64,000 nucleotides of DNA, taken from assembly GCA_002348185.1 (NCBI GenBank), contig DDYW01000181.1, forward strand, positions 77,531 through 141,530. The letters run 5' to 3'. Positions 9,279 through 17,441 of the stretch are shown here, piece after piece (position 1 is the stretch's first letter; each line of letters opens with the position of its first letter). This DNA comes from Candidatus Hydrogenedentes bacterium UBA2224 (lineage in GTDB: Bacteria; Hydrogenedentota; Hydrogenedentia; Hydrogenedentales; SLHB01). Under the pieces are notes generated by a model. The model saw nothing but the letters and a program-made list of their open reading frames with translations. It was not told the origin of the DNA and did no database searches. A program made the position numbers and the translations under genes.

Positions 9279-11789
9279 ATGAACGAATCGAGAGCGCGTG
9301 TGGACGCCGATAAGCGCATACAGGAACTGGAAAACCAGGTTTTGCGGCTCACCCGCGAGGTGCAGCGGCTTCGTGGGACGCGCCCGCCGCAGATGACGGG
9401 CCCTGGCGTGCCCGCGTCCGCCCCGTCCCGCTCCGTAGTGCCCCGCACGCCCCCTTCCGTCCCGCCGGCCGAAACCCGAGCCTGGACGTTGTGGGCGAGC
9501 CGCCTGGCGGTGGTCTTCGTGACCGTGGCCATCATCCTGGCGGCGGGCAAAAGCACCAGCACATCGGCATTCGATCCCCGGAGCAAGGCGCTGGTCGCCT
9601 ATAGCCTGGCCGCCCTCCTGCTCCTGCTGGGAGCGGCCTTCCCAGACCGGCGCAGTTTTCTGGCCAGCATCGCCCTCGGCGCCGGCCTCGCAACGGGCTA
9701 TTTCACCACCTACGCGGTATTCTTCGTCCCGAATTTCCAATTGTTTACAGACCCCTGGAACGCCCTGCCGATTCTGTTCACGGCCATTCTGGCGATGACC
9801 GTCATCGTGGCCTGGCGGCGCAGCCTTGTCGCGGCCGTCATGGCCTGGTCAATCGTGTATTACACGTTGGGCCTGGCGGCCAACGATGTGCCCGCGATGT
9901 CCCGGTTTGCCTACGTTCTGGGCGGCCTCGCTCTGGCATCGGCGACCGCCGTCCTGCTGCACGCGCGATTCCACTGGCGCTTTCTCGTGTGGATCGTCCT
10001 GCTCGGCGCCTACGCCACGTTTCTCCCCTTCCTGTATTTCCAGCCTCAGGGCATCGCCGTCGCGCCCGAGACGTATTTCTGGCTGTCGCGCGGCACGCTC
10101 ACGCTCGTATTCGTAGCGCTTGGGCTCGCCACCGTTCTCGACGTGCGGCGGGAAGACATCCGGTCCCGGGGCATGCTGCTGGTATCCCTGCTGAATTCCG
10201 CGCTGTTTTTCCCAACCGTGTGGTCCGGGATTCAGACATTCCACGCGCCTCACGCGTGGATATTCCGCCTCGCCTTTACCGTGGCGCTCGCCACACTGGC
10301 CCTTCTGGCCGAAACGCGCGGCTCCAGGCGGAATTACCTCTTCCAGGCGTATATCGCCCAGGCGTTCGTGATGGCCGTTCTGGCGATGATCTCGCTGTAT
10401 CCGGGAGTCACCCTGTGGCCGGCCCTCGCCTTAACCTGTTTTGCGCTCGCCGTATTCTATCAGCAAACCGGGGCCGTCATCCTCAAGGCGGGCGCCATAC
10501 TCCTGGTGTTCGTGGTTGCGGGAGGAGCGTTCCTCAGCGTTCAGGCGCCCGGATATGCGGTGTTGGGATCGCACGCCATTCCCGCACGGTGGCTGGGCTG
10601 TGCCGCTCCTGCCCTCGTGTTCTTCCTGATTGCCATCTACTACGAGCGGGCCACGCGCCGCCGCCCCCCCCGAAAACGCCACCACAGCGGCCAATGGTTC
10701 CTCGCCGATTCCATCCTTGACCCGCCCAGCGCCACCGTAGCCATGCTCTATGCCGCCATAGGCGCCTTGATTCTGATGACGCTGACGATCGCCGACCGGG
10801 GCCAGCAGCCCGACCTTCCGTATCTCCTGGGGGCCCTCAGCCTGGCCCTGGCGATTGCGGGCGTGCTCGCGTCGGCGCCGCAACTGGAAGTCGCCGCCGT
10901 GCTCCTGCTCGTGGCCGCGCATGTCAGCTTCCATTTCTTCCTGCTGGTCGACAAATCCGGGTTTGAGCAGAGCGGGGGCTACGCCTATGGGACTATCCTG
11001 CTCGCGCTCTACACGTATCTCGCCGGGATGCTGTGGGAACGCTACCTGAAACGCGTTGGGGATGACCGTGCCTGGGAACACAACCTCGTCGCCCCCCTCC
11101 CGCACCTGGGCGCCACCTACATGATCGCCACGCTGGTGGCGTACAAGTACGGCGCCGTATACATCCCCGCAACCTACAACGCCATCGGTACCGTCCTTCT
11201 GGTGATCCCGCTTGTGCTGCCGTTCCCCGGGCTCAAGATCGCGGGCATCGCGCTGTTCGGGATCGGCGCCGCCTACTTCTCCAATCTGCTGTACGACCCA
11301 GCGGCGGCCCTGCCTGACGGACCCGCCTTTCTCTTCTACCTGGTGCCATTTCTGGTGGCGTACGCCGTTTCCGAACGCCTGCTCTATTTTGCCCACAAGC
11401 GCCCCGCCGTTACCCACCGGATGGACGACACCCTCCGCACGCTGCTCGTCGCGGCGGGCGGTGGGCTCGGCCTCCTCGCGTTCAACAAATGGGCCCCGGA
11501 GGAGACCCTGGCCCTGTACTGGCTCGCGCACGGTCTGGCCGGCGTTGCCCTGAGTTTTCTTTTCTTCGAGGCCCGTTACCGCTGGGCGGCATCGCTCGTT
11601 CTGACGCTGGCCATCCTGCAGGCAGTCTTCTCCTCCCCGGGAGACCGGGTATGGCTGTACCAGTTCGCCGCGTTTGCCGGCCTGGGCGTCGCCGGCCTGG
11701 TCGCCTTGACGGTTCGCGAGCACCGCCGCCGGCGACCCGCCGCTCCACCGCCCGCAGCCGAACCCCCCGGGCCCTCGCCTGATGAATAG
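9279..11789 (+). CDS. DUF2339-like polytopic membrane protein (N-terminal coiled coil plus more than 20 predicted TM helices)
   Basis: The N-terminal coiled coil DKRIQELENQVLRLTREVQRLR is followed by a Pro-rich linker and then roughly 750 aa of repeated hydrophobic helices. This is the DUF2339 architecture. The start is uncertain (9246, 9279 or GTG 9300). The 3' end overlaps cca by 8 nt. Confidence 0.55.
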   Translation: MNESRARVDADKRIQELENQVLRLTREVQRLRGTRPPQMTGPGVPASAPSRSVVPRTPPSVPPAETRAWTLWASRLAVVFVTVAIILAAGKSTSTSAFDPRSKALVAYSLAALLLLLGAAFPDRRSFLASIALGAGLATGYFTTYAVFFVPNFQLFTDPWNALPILFTAILAMTVIVAWRRSLVAAVMAWSIVYYTLGLAANDVPAMSRFAYVLGGLALASATAVLLHARFHWRFLVWIVLLGAYATFLPFLYFQPQGIAVAPETYFWLSRGTLTLVFVALGLATVLDVRREDIRSRGMLLVSLLNSALFFPTVWSGIQTFHAPHAWIFRLAFTVALATLALLAETRGSRRNYLFQAYIAQAFVMAVLAMISLYPGVTLWPALALTCFALAVFYQQTGAVILKAGAILLVFVVAGGAFLSVQAPGYAVLGSHAIPARWLGCAAPALVFFLIAIYYERATRRRPPRKRHHSGQWFLADSILDPPSATVAMLYAAIGALILMTLTIADRGQQPDLPYLLGALSLALAIAGVLASAPQLEVAAVLLLVAAHVSFHFFLLVDKSGFEQSGGYAYGTILLALYTYLAGMLWERYLKRVGDDRAWEHNLVAPLPHLGATYMIATLVAYKYGAVYIPATYNAIGTVLLVIPLVLPFPGLKIAGIALFGIGAAYFSNLLYDPAAALPDGPAFLFYLVPFLVAYAVSERLLYFAHKRPAVTHRMDDTLRTLLVAAGGGLGLLAFNKWAPEETLALYWLAHGLAGVALSFLFFEARYRWAASLVLTLAILQAVFSSPGDRVWLYQFAAFAGLGVAGLVALTVREHRRRRPAAPPPAAEPPGPSPDE

Positions 11790-13116
11790 GCGTCAGGCTG
11801 CGGCCGAAACCATCTGCGCCACATTGCGACAGCGCGGTTTCCGCGCCCTCCTTGCCGGAGGCTGCGTGCGCGACATGCTCCTCAAGACCCCCCCGAAAGA
11901 CTTCGACATTGCCACCAATGCCCGGCCCTTTGAGGTCGCGGAACTCTTCGATCGCACCATCGACGTCGGCGCGGCTTTCGGCGTCCAGGTGGTCCTGCTG
12001 CCGGAGGGCCCCTTCGAGGTCACGACGTTCCGAAAGGACGGACCGTATCACGATGGCCGCCATCCGTGCAGCGTCGCCTTTACCGATGAAGAAGAGGACG
12101 CCCAACGCCGCGATTTCACGATCAACGCCCTCTTCTACGATCCGGTCGAGCGCACCGTGCTGGACTACGTCGGTGGCCTCGACGATTTGCGGGCGGGACT
12201 GGTCCGCGCGGTCGGTGTCCCCCGGGAACGGTTTCAGGAGGACCACCTCCGCCTTCTGCGGGCCATCCGGTTTGCGGCGCGCCTCGGATACGCTGTCGAA
12301 AAACAGACCTATCGGGCCATACTGGAGGCCGCCCCCCTCATTACATCGACCAGTGCCGAACGGATTCGCGATGAATTGCTTAAAATGCTCACGGAAGGCG
12401 GCACACGCCGCGCCTTCGAACTCCTTGACGACACCGGCCTGCTTCAAGAGATCCTTCCCGAAATCGCGGCCCTGAAGGGCGTTGAGCAGCCGCCCGAATT
12501 CCATCCCGAAGGCGATGTGTTCACGCATACCCTGCTCATGTTCGACCTTCTAGAGAACCCCAGCCGCACGCTGGCGCTGGGGGTCCTGCTCCACGATGCC
12601 GGCAAAGCATCCACCCAGACCCGGACCGATCGCATCCGGTTCAACGACCACGACAAGGCGGGCGCCCGGATCGCCCGCGAGGTTTGCGAGCGCCTTCGCC
12701 TGTCCCGCCGCGAAACGGAGCGCGTGGTATGGCTCGTCGCGCAGCACATGCGGTTTCAGCACATCCCCGACATGCGGGAAAGCAAGCGCAAACGAACAAT
12801 ACGCGCGGAAGGGTTCGATGAACTCAAGGAACTGTGCCGTGTGGATTGCCTGGCCAGCCATGGCAACCTGGACACCGTCGCGTGGGTGGAAAACTATCAG
12901 GCCCAACTGCCGCCGGATGCCCTTCGCCCCGAGCCCCTGATAGACGGGAAAGGCCTGATGGCCCTCGGCTACCCCCCCGGACCCCTGTTCTCGAAAATCC
13001 TCCAGCGGGTCGAAGACCTCCAGTTGGACGGCACGTTAACCACGCGGGAAGAGGCCCGTGGGTTTGTGTTGACCCAGTGGCCCCGTGAGCGCCAGCCGCG
13101 CGGCGAAGGAGGCTGA
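11782..13116 (+). CDS. cca: CCA-adding tRNA nucleotidyltransferase with HD domain
   Basis: It has the PolyA_pol head motifs GGCVRD and DFDIAT. The HD domain carries LLHDAGK. Length is 444 aa. Confidence 0.85.
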   Translation: MNRRQAAAETICATLRQRGFRALLAGGCVRDMLLKTPPKDFDIATNARPFEVAELFDRTIDVGAAFGVQVVLLPEGPFEVTTFRKDGPYHDGRHPCSVAFTDEEEDAQRRDFTINALFYDPVERTVLDYVGGLDDLRAGLVRAVGVPRERFQEDHLRLLRAIRFAARLGYAVEKQTYRAILEAAPLITSTSAERIRDELLKMLTEGGTRRAFELLDDTGLLQEILPEIAALKGVEQPPEFHPEGDVFTHTLLMFDLLENPSRTLALGVLLHDAGKASTQTRTDRIRFNDHDKAGARIAREVCERLRLSRRETERVVWLVAQHMRFQHIPDMRESKRKRTIRAEGFDELKELCRVDCLASHGNLDTVAWVENYQAQLPPDALRPEPLIDGKGLMALGYPPGPLFSKILQRVEDLQLDGTLTTREEARGFVLTQWPRERQPRGEGG

Positions 13117-13119
13117 ACC

Positions 13120-13950
13120 ATGCCACACGCGGATTCATTCACTACGCCCGACGGTCTGCGGCTCTATACGCGCGTCTGGAGCCCTCCGGGGTCACCAGAC
13201 GCCCATGTCGTGCTCCTTCATGGATACGGCGATCATTGCGGCCGCTACGGGGAACTCGCAAAGGACCTGAACCTGGCGGGCCTGACGGTCCACAGCTACG
13301 ATCAGCGCGGGTTCGGCCGCTCCGACGGCCGGCGCGCCTACGTGGCCGATTACACCGTGTTACTGGACGACCTCGACCGGTTCCTGAACCACATCCACCC
13401 GGACACCCAGGGGATGCCCCTCTTCCTCCTGGGACAGAGTTTTGGAGGGCTCATTGCCGTGCGTTACGCGCAAACGCGCCAGCCTCGCTTCTCCGGGCTG
13501 GTGTTGTGCAGTCCCTTCCTGGGGTTCTCCGAGAGCATTCCCAAACCCCTGCTGGTGCTGGGACGCTATATCGCGAAGGTGGCCCCCTGGCTTCCCGTGA
13601 GCCAGGTTGCGCCTGACGGCCTGTCCCGCCGCCCGGACGTCGTCGAGGAGGCCACGAACGACCCCTTGGGTTACCATGGCCGCGTCCTCGCGCGCACGGG
13701 AAGCCAGATGCAAGAGGCTATCGCCGACGCATTGGGCGATGCCGGCCGCCTTTCCCTCCCTCTCTATATCGTGCACGGCAGCGAGGACCGTATCGTACCC
13801 CTCTCCGGAAGCCAGCATTTCTTCGACGCGTATGCCGGGCCGGACAAGACCCTCGAGGTCTGCGAAGGCGGGTATCACGAGTTGTGGCACGACCTCGACG
13901 CCGACGCCGTGCTCCAGGGGATTTGTGATTGGATACGCCGCCTGTTGTGA
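13120..13950 (+). CDS. alpha/beta hydrolase (lysophospholipase/monoacylglycerol lipase-like)
   Basis: HGYGDH follows strand 3. The nucleophile elbow is GQSFGG. Near the C-terminus there is an HGSED acid region and His (GYHELWHD). Length is 276 aa. Confidence 0.85.
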   Translation: MPHADSFTTPDGLRLYTRVWSPPGSPDAHVVLLHGYGDHCGRYGELAKDLNLAGLTVHSYDQRGFGRSDGRRAYVADYTVLLDDLDRFLNHIHPDTQGMPLFLLGQSFGGLIAVRYAQTRQPRFSGLVLCSPFLGFSESIPKPLLVLGRYIAKVAPWLPVSQVAPDGLSRRPDVVEEATNDPLGYHGRVLARTGSQMQEAIADALGDAGRLSLPLYIVHGSEDRIVPLSGSQHFFDAYAGPDKTLEVCEGGYHELWHDLDADAVLQGICDWIRRLL

Positions 13951-14027
13951 CCTGCCCGCCTCCCCTGTCATAATAGCGCCGCACGATTTGCTGCACTTGA
14001 ACGCCGGGTATACGAGACGCCAGCCTT

Positions 14028-15104
14028 ATGAAACAAGACCATACAAAACGGATCTTCGAGCACATTCACGACGCGCACGTGGCGGAACTGCTGCCGCTGA
14101 TCTCTCCGAAGGAGATCAAACGGTCCGTTCCCATGCCCGAGCGCGTACAGGAAACGGTCATGACAGGCCGCAGAGACGTCGTGCGTATTCTTGCCGGTGA
14201 AGATGAGCGCATGCTCGTAGTCGTGGGACCCTGCTCGATTCATGACACCGACACGGCAATCGACTACGCCACCCGCCTCCATCAGGCCCACGAACAATAC
14301 AAGGATCGCCTGTTCATCGTCATGCGCACCTATTTCGAGAAACCGCGCACCACCACCGGATGGAAAGGGCTCATCAACGACCCGAACCTCGATGGCAGCT
14401 GCAATCTCGAAAAAGGCCTGCACATCGCCCGCCGCCTGCTCCTCGAGATCGCGGGCATGGGCCTCCCGACGGCCACGGAAGTCCTCGACCCCATCGTGCC
14501 GCAGTACATCGCCGACCTGATCACCTGGGCCTCCATCGGCGCGCGTACGACGGAGTCTCAGACCCATCGCGAAATGGCCAGCGGCCTTTCCATGCCGATA
14601 GGATTCAAGAACAGCACCGATGGCAACCTCCAGGTGGCGATTAACGCGCTCCTTTCCGCCCGCCAGTCCCATCATTTCCTCGGCATCGACCAGGACGGCC
14701 AGACCTGCGTGGTCCGCACCCTCGGGAATCCCTGGGGCCATATCATCCTTCGCGGAGGCGGAGGCCGGCCAAACTGCGACCGCGTGAGCGTGGCCCTTGC
14801 GGAAGAACAGATGCGCGCCGCCGGGCTCGAACCCCGCATCATGATCGATTGCAGCCACGACAACAGCACCCGCCGGTATGAACTCCAGGAAAAGGTCCTC
14901 CGCGACCTCATTCTTCAACGAGCCGAGGGGACGCGCTCCCTGATGGGCATGATGCTCGAAAGCAACCTCAACCCCGGCAATCAGCCCATCCCCGCGGACA
15001 AAAGCCAGTTGAAATACGGCGTCAGCATCACCGACCCCTGCATGGGCTGGAGCATGACGGAAGCGTGTCTGCAATACGCCTACGACCAGCTCGCCCGCCT
15101 CTGA
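14028..15104 (+). CDS. aroG: 3-deoxy-7-phosphoheptulonate (DAHP) synthase, class I
   Basis: It is collinear with AroG/AroF/AroH: LLPLISP, RILAGEDERMLVVVGPCSIHD, KPRTTTGWKG, IMIDCSHDNS. Length is 358 aa. Confidence 0.9.
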   Translation: MKQDHTKRIFEHIHDAHVAELLPLISPKEIKRSVPMPERVQETVMTGRRDVVRILAGEDERMLVVVGPCSIHDTDTAIDYATRLHQAHEQYKDRLFIVMRTYFEKPRTTTGWKGLINDPNLDGSCNLEKGLHIARRLLLEIAGMGLPTATEVLDPIVPQYIADLITWASIGARTTESQTHREMASGLSMPIGFKNSTDGNLQVAINALLSARQSHHFLGIDQDGQTCVVRTLGNPWGHIILRGGGGRPNCDRVSVALAEEQMRAAGLEPRIMIDCSHDNSTRRYELQEKVLRDLILQRAEGTRSLMGMMLESNLNPGNQPIPADKSQLKYGVSITDPCMGWSMTEACLQYAYDQLARL

Positions 15105-15229
15105 CGCACCGGCCGGCCGGCGGTCCGCTGGCTTCCTGGCGCGTCGCGCTCGCCCCCCCAGCGAAAAGAGCCCGGGAATCATGCTATGCTCGGGACCGCA
15201 GAACCATCATCCTTACCGGGAGAACACGA

Positions 15230-16156
15230 ATGCTGTCACGCTGTCTGATTTTGCTCGTGGTCACGTGCATGTCCGCGGGCGCCGGGCCTGACGCGTTTCC
15301 CTCGCCGGGCGACGACCGGGCCAACGTCCCCTTGACCGTGCGGGGAAAAGACTGGTATGCGCACATTCCGCCAGACCATGAGGGAGAGGTCGAATTGCGT
15401 TTCGTGCTGCCCCCGGACCGCCTCTCGGTGCTTCCGTCCGGGGAAGCCGTCCCGTTTGTGTCCGGTGAAAACGGCGCGATTCGGTTCCGTGTCGCCCCGG
15501 AGAAACGCACTTCGCCCGAGACCGTCGTGATAGCGCATTGGGAGCTGGCAAAATGGGAAGACGACATCCAGACCATGGAAAAGAACTTCCCCAATGTCCC
15601 CGCGCATCCCATTCTCTTTGTCGGAAGCTCCTCGATCCGCGGATGGAAGGTGACCGGGGATTTCCCCGGGCTGCCCGTGGTCAATCACGGATTCGGCGGC
15701 TCCGAGTACTTCGATGCCCTGTCGTATGCGGACCGGATCATTCATCCCCTGCGGCCGCGCGCCGTAGTCCTGTACGACGGTGACAACGACATTGCGCGGG
15801 GAAAATCACCCGAATGGGTCGCCGCGGACATGAAGGCCCTGGTGCGCGTAATCCATCACGCGAATCCCCAGACCCCGGTCGTCGTGTTGTCGACCAAGAC
15901 CAGCATGGCCCGATGGGAGTTCCACGAGCAGATGGAACAGAGCAACCGTTTATTGGCTGAATTCGCGGCGACCGACCCGCGGGTGACCTTCCTCGACGTC
16001 AACACGCCCCTGCTCGACGCCGAGGGCAAACCCGACGAACGCTACTTTCTCCCGGACCGCCTCCACCTCAACCACGAGGGATATGTGGTCTGGACCAACC
16101 TTCTCCGGCCCATCCTGGACCGTATTCTTGCCAATCCCGTTCCGGCGGCGGAATGA
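15230..16156 (+). CDS. SGNH/GDSL-family hydrolase, secreted
   Basis: The signal peptide MLSRCLILLVVTCMSAGAG is preceded by GGGAGA 7 nt upstream. Block I is FVGSSSIRGW, block III is YDGDNDI, and block V is NHEGY (DxxH-type). The track ORF starts earlier at 15065 and overlaps aroG. Confidence 0.75.
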   Translation: MLSRCLILLVVTCMSAGAGPDAFPSPGDDRANVPLTVRGKDWYAHIPPDHEGEVELRFVLPPDRLSVLPSGEAVPFVSGENGAIRFRVAPEKRTSPETVVIAHWELAKWEDDIQTMEKNFPNVPAHPILFVGSSSIRGWKVTGDFPGLPVVNHGFGGSEYFDALSYADRIIHPLRPRAVVLYDGDNDIARGKSPEWVAADMKALVRVIHHANPQTPVVVLSTKTSMARWEFHEQMEQSNRLLAEFAATDPRVTFLDVNTPLLDAEGKPDERYFLPDRLHLNHEGYVVWTNLLRPILDRILANPVPAAE

Positions 16157-16169
16157 CGCGGACGGCCGC

Positions 16170-17438
16170 TCATCCCCTGCCGAGCTTTCGCCGGATGCGC
16201 TCAAGCCGCATTCGGAAATCCTCCAGACCCAAGGGAAGCTCGTCCGTGCCGAGGGCGCTCCGCGTTTCGAGAAACTGAACGGTCTCCGCACACAGGCGCT
16301 CGGCCTCCAGGAGATTGCGCGCGCGGTGCTCGAAATGCTTGGCCAGTTCGAGCCGCGCCACCAGGTCGCTCGGCCGTTCCGTAAGCAGCAGGGTCCACGC
16401 CTCCTCCATGTCATACCACTGCTGGAGACGTTTGCAGGCCATCCCCATCAAATACAGACACTCGCAGCGGATGCCCGGTTCCGCCTCTTCGTCGAGCAGG
16501 CGTCGCCCGTGCTCCGTCACTTCACGGTAGTGTTTCTGCAGGAAATGCAGCCGCACCAGTGAAAGCCGGTCCTCCAGGTGCGCGAACCCCGTGCCCTGCG
16601 GCAAACTGAGGCTCTGGGACATGCGGCCCGCCAGCGCCGCCAGCGAGAGGATGTCCATTTTGTGATGGTAGAAGACCGCCTCGAGCGCCCGGGCGTCCCG
16701 GGTGCGCAGGTAGTTCAGCCAGATCTCCGGGATTTCCGCGCTGGAGACGTCCCCGTGCCGCCGCACGGCCAATATCTCCCGTTCAATGTTCGTCAGCCCG
16801 CAATCCCCAAGCCGGCGCTTCCAGAAACGCCGGGCCGCATGCAGAAGGTCATACTGGAGCGCCGCATCCAGGCAAAATGGCATCCGGTGTTGGATGAACC
16901 GGGTCCGCAGCAACGGGATGTCAAAACTCTTCCCGTTGTAGGTCACCACGGTGTCGCGCCCCTGGAACAGGCGGTCGAGATAACGCAGCATGGGCTCTTC
17001 GTCGTCAAAATCCCGCATGAACGCCTGTTCCAGCCGGAACACGGCGCCGTCAAAATAGCCGGCGCCGACTAGAAACGCCACGGTTCCCGAGCCGCCCGCC
17101 AGCCCGGTCGTTTCGGTGTCCAGGAAGATCGCCGTCTCCGCGGTGAAGTCCCGCAGGTCGGCGTCGTTTGCCGACAGGGCGACGTGCTCGGGCAGCGCGA
17201 GCAAAGCCTCGCCCAGCGTGACGTTCCCGTGTGCGGTGTCGAGGGGGAAGTCCGTACGCACGAGAAAGAAACCGGCGTTCGCCTCCCCCACCAGCTCGCC
17301 GGAAACGACGCGGTCGATCTCGAATTCGCCCGAGGCGCGCCGCTGGGCAATTTCCTCGGTCTTCCGGCGCCATTCGGCGCCGCTCATCAGGCCCTCCCTC
17401 CCGAGTAGCGACTGCAGTTTATCGCGCAGCTCCGACAT
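16170..17438 (-). CDS. YprB/MrfB-like RNase-H-fold (DEDD-type) exonuclease with C-terminal helical/TPR-like domain
   Basis: The exonuclease motif FLDTETTGL is present, with D..YNGKSFDIPLL and a later HH region. The C-terminal 150 aa is helical. It lies 3 nt downstream of the DUF1998 helicase gene on the same strand. Confidence 0.7.
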   Translation of the reverse strand: MSELRDKLQSLLGREGLMSGAEWRRKTEEIAQRRASGEFEIDRVVSGELVGEANAGFFLVRTDFPLDTAHGNVTLGEALLALPEHVALSANDADLRDFTAETAIFLDTETTGLAGGSGTVAFLVGAGYFDGAVFRLEQAFMRDFDDEEPMLRYLDRLFQGRDTVVTYNGKSFDIPLLRTRFIQHRMPFCLDAALQYDLLHAARRFWKRRLGDCGLTNIEREILAVRRHGDVSSAEIPEIWLNYLRTRDARALEAVFYHHKMDILSLAALAGRMSQSLSLPQGTGFAHLEDRLSLVRLHFLQKHYREVTEHGRRLLDEEAEPGIRCECLYLMGMACKRLQQWYDMEEAWTLLLTERPSDLVARLELAKHFEHRARNLLEAERLCAETVQFLETRSALGTDELPLGLEDFRMRLERIRRKLGRG

Positions 17439-17441
17439 GGG

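Noticed and set aside
13968-15182. 404-aa minus ORF
   Set aside because: It is the shadow of the DAHP synthase gene.
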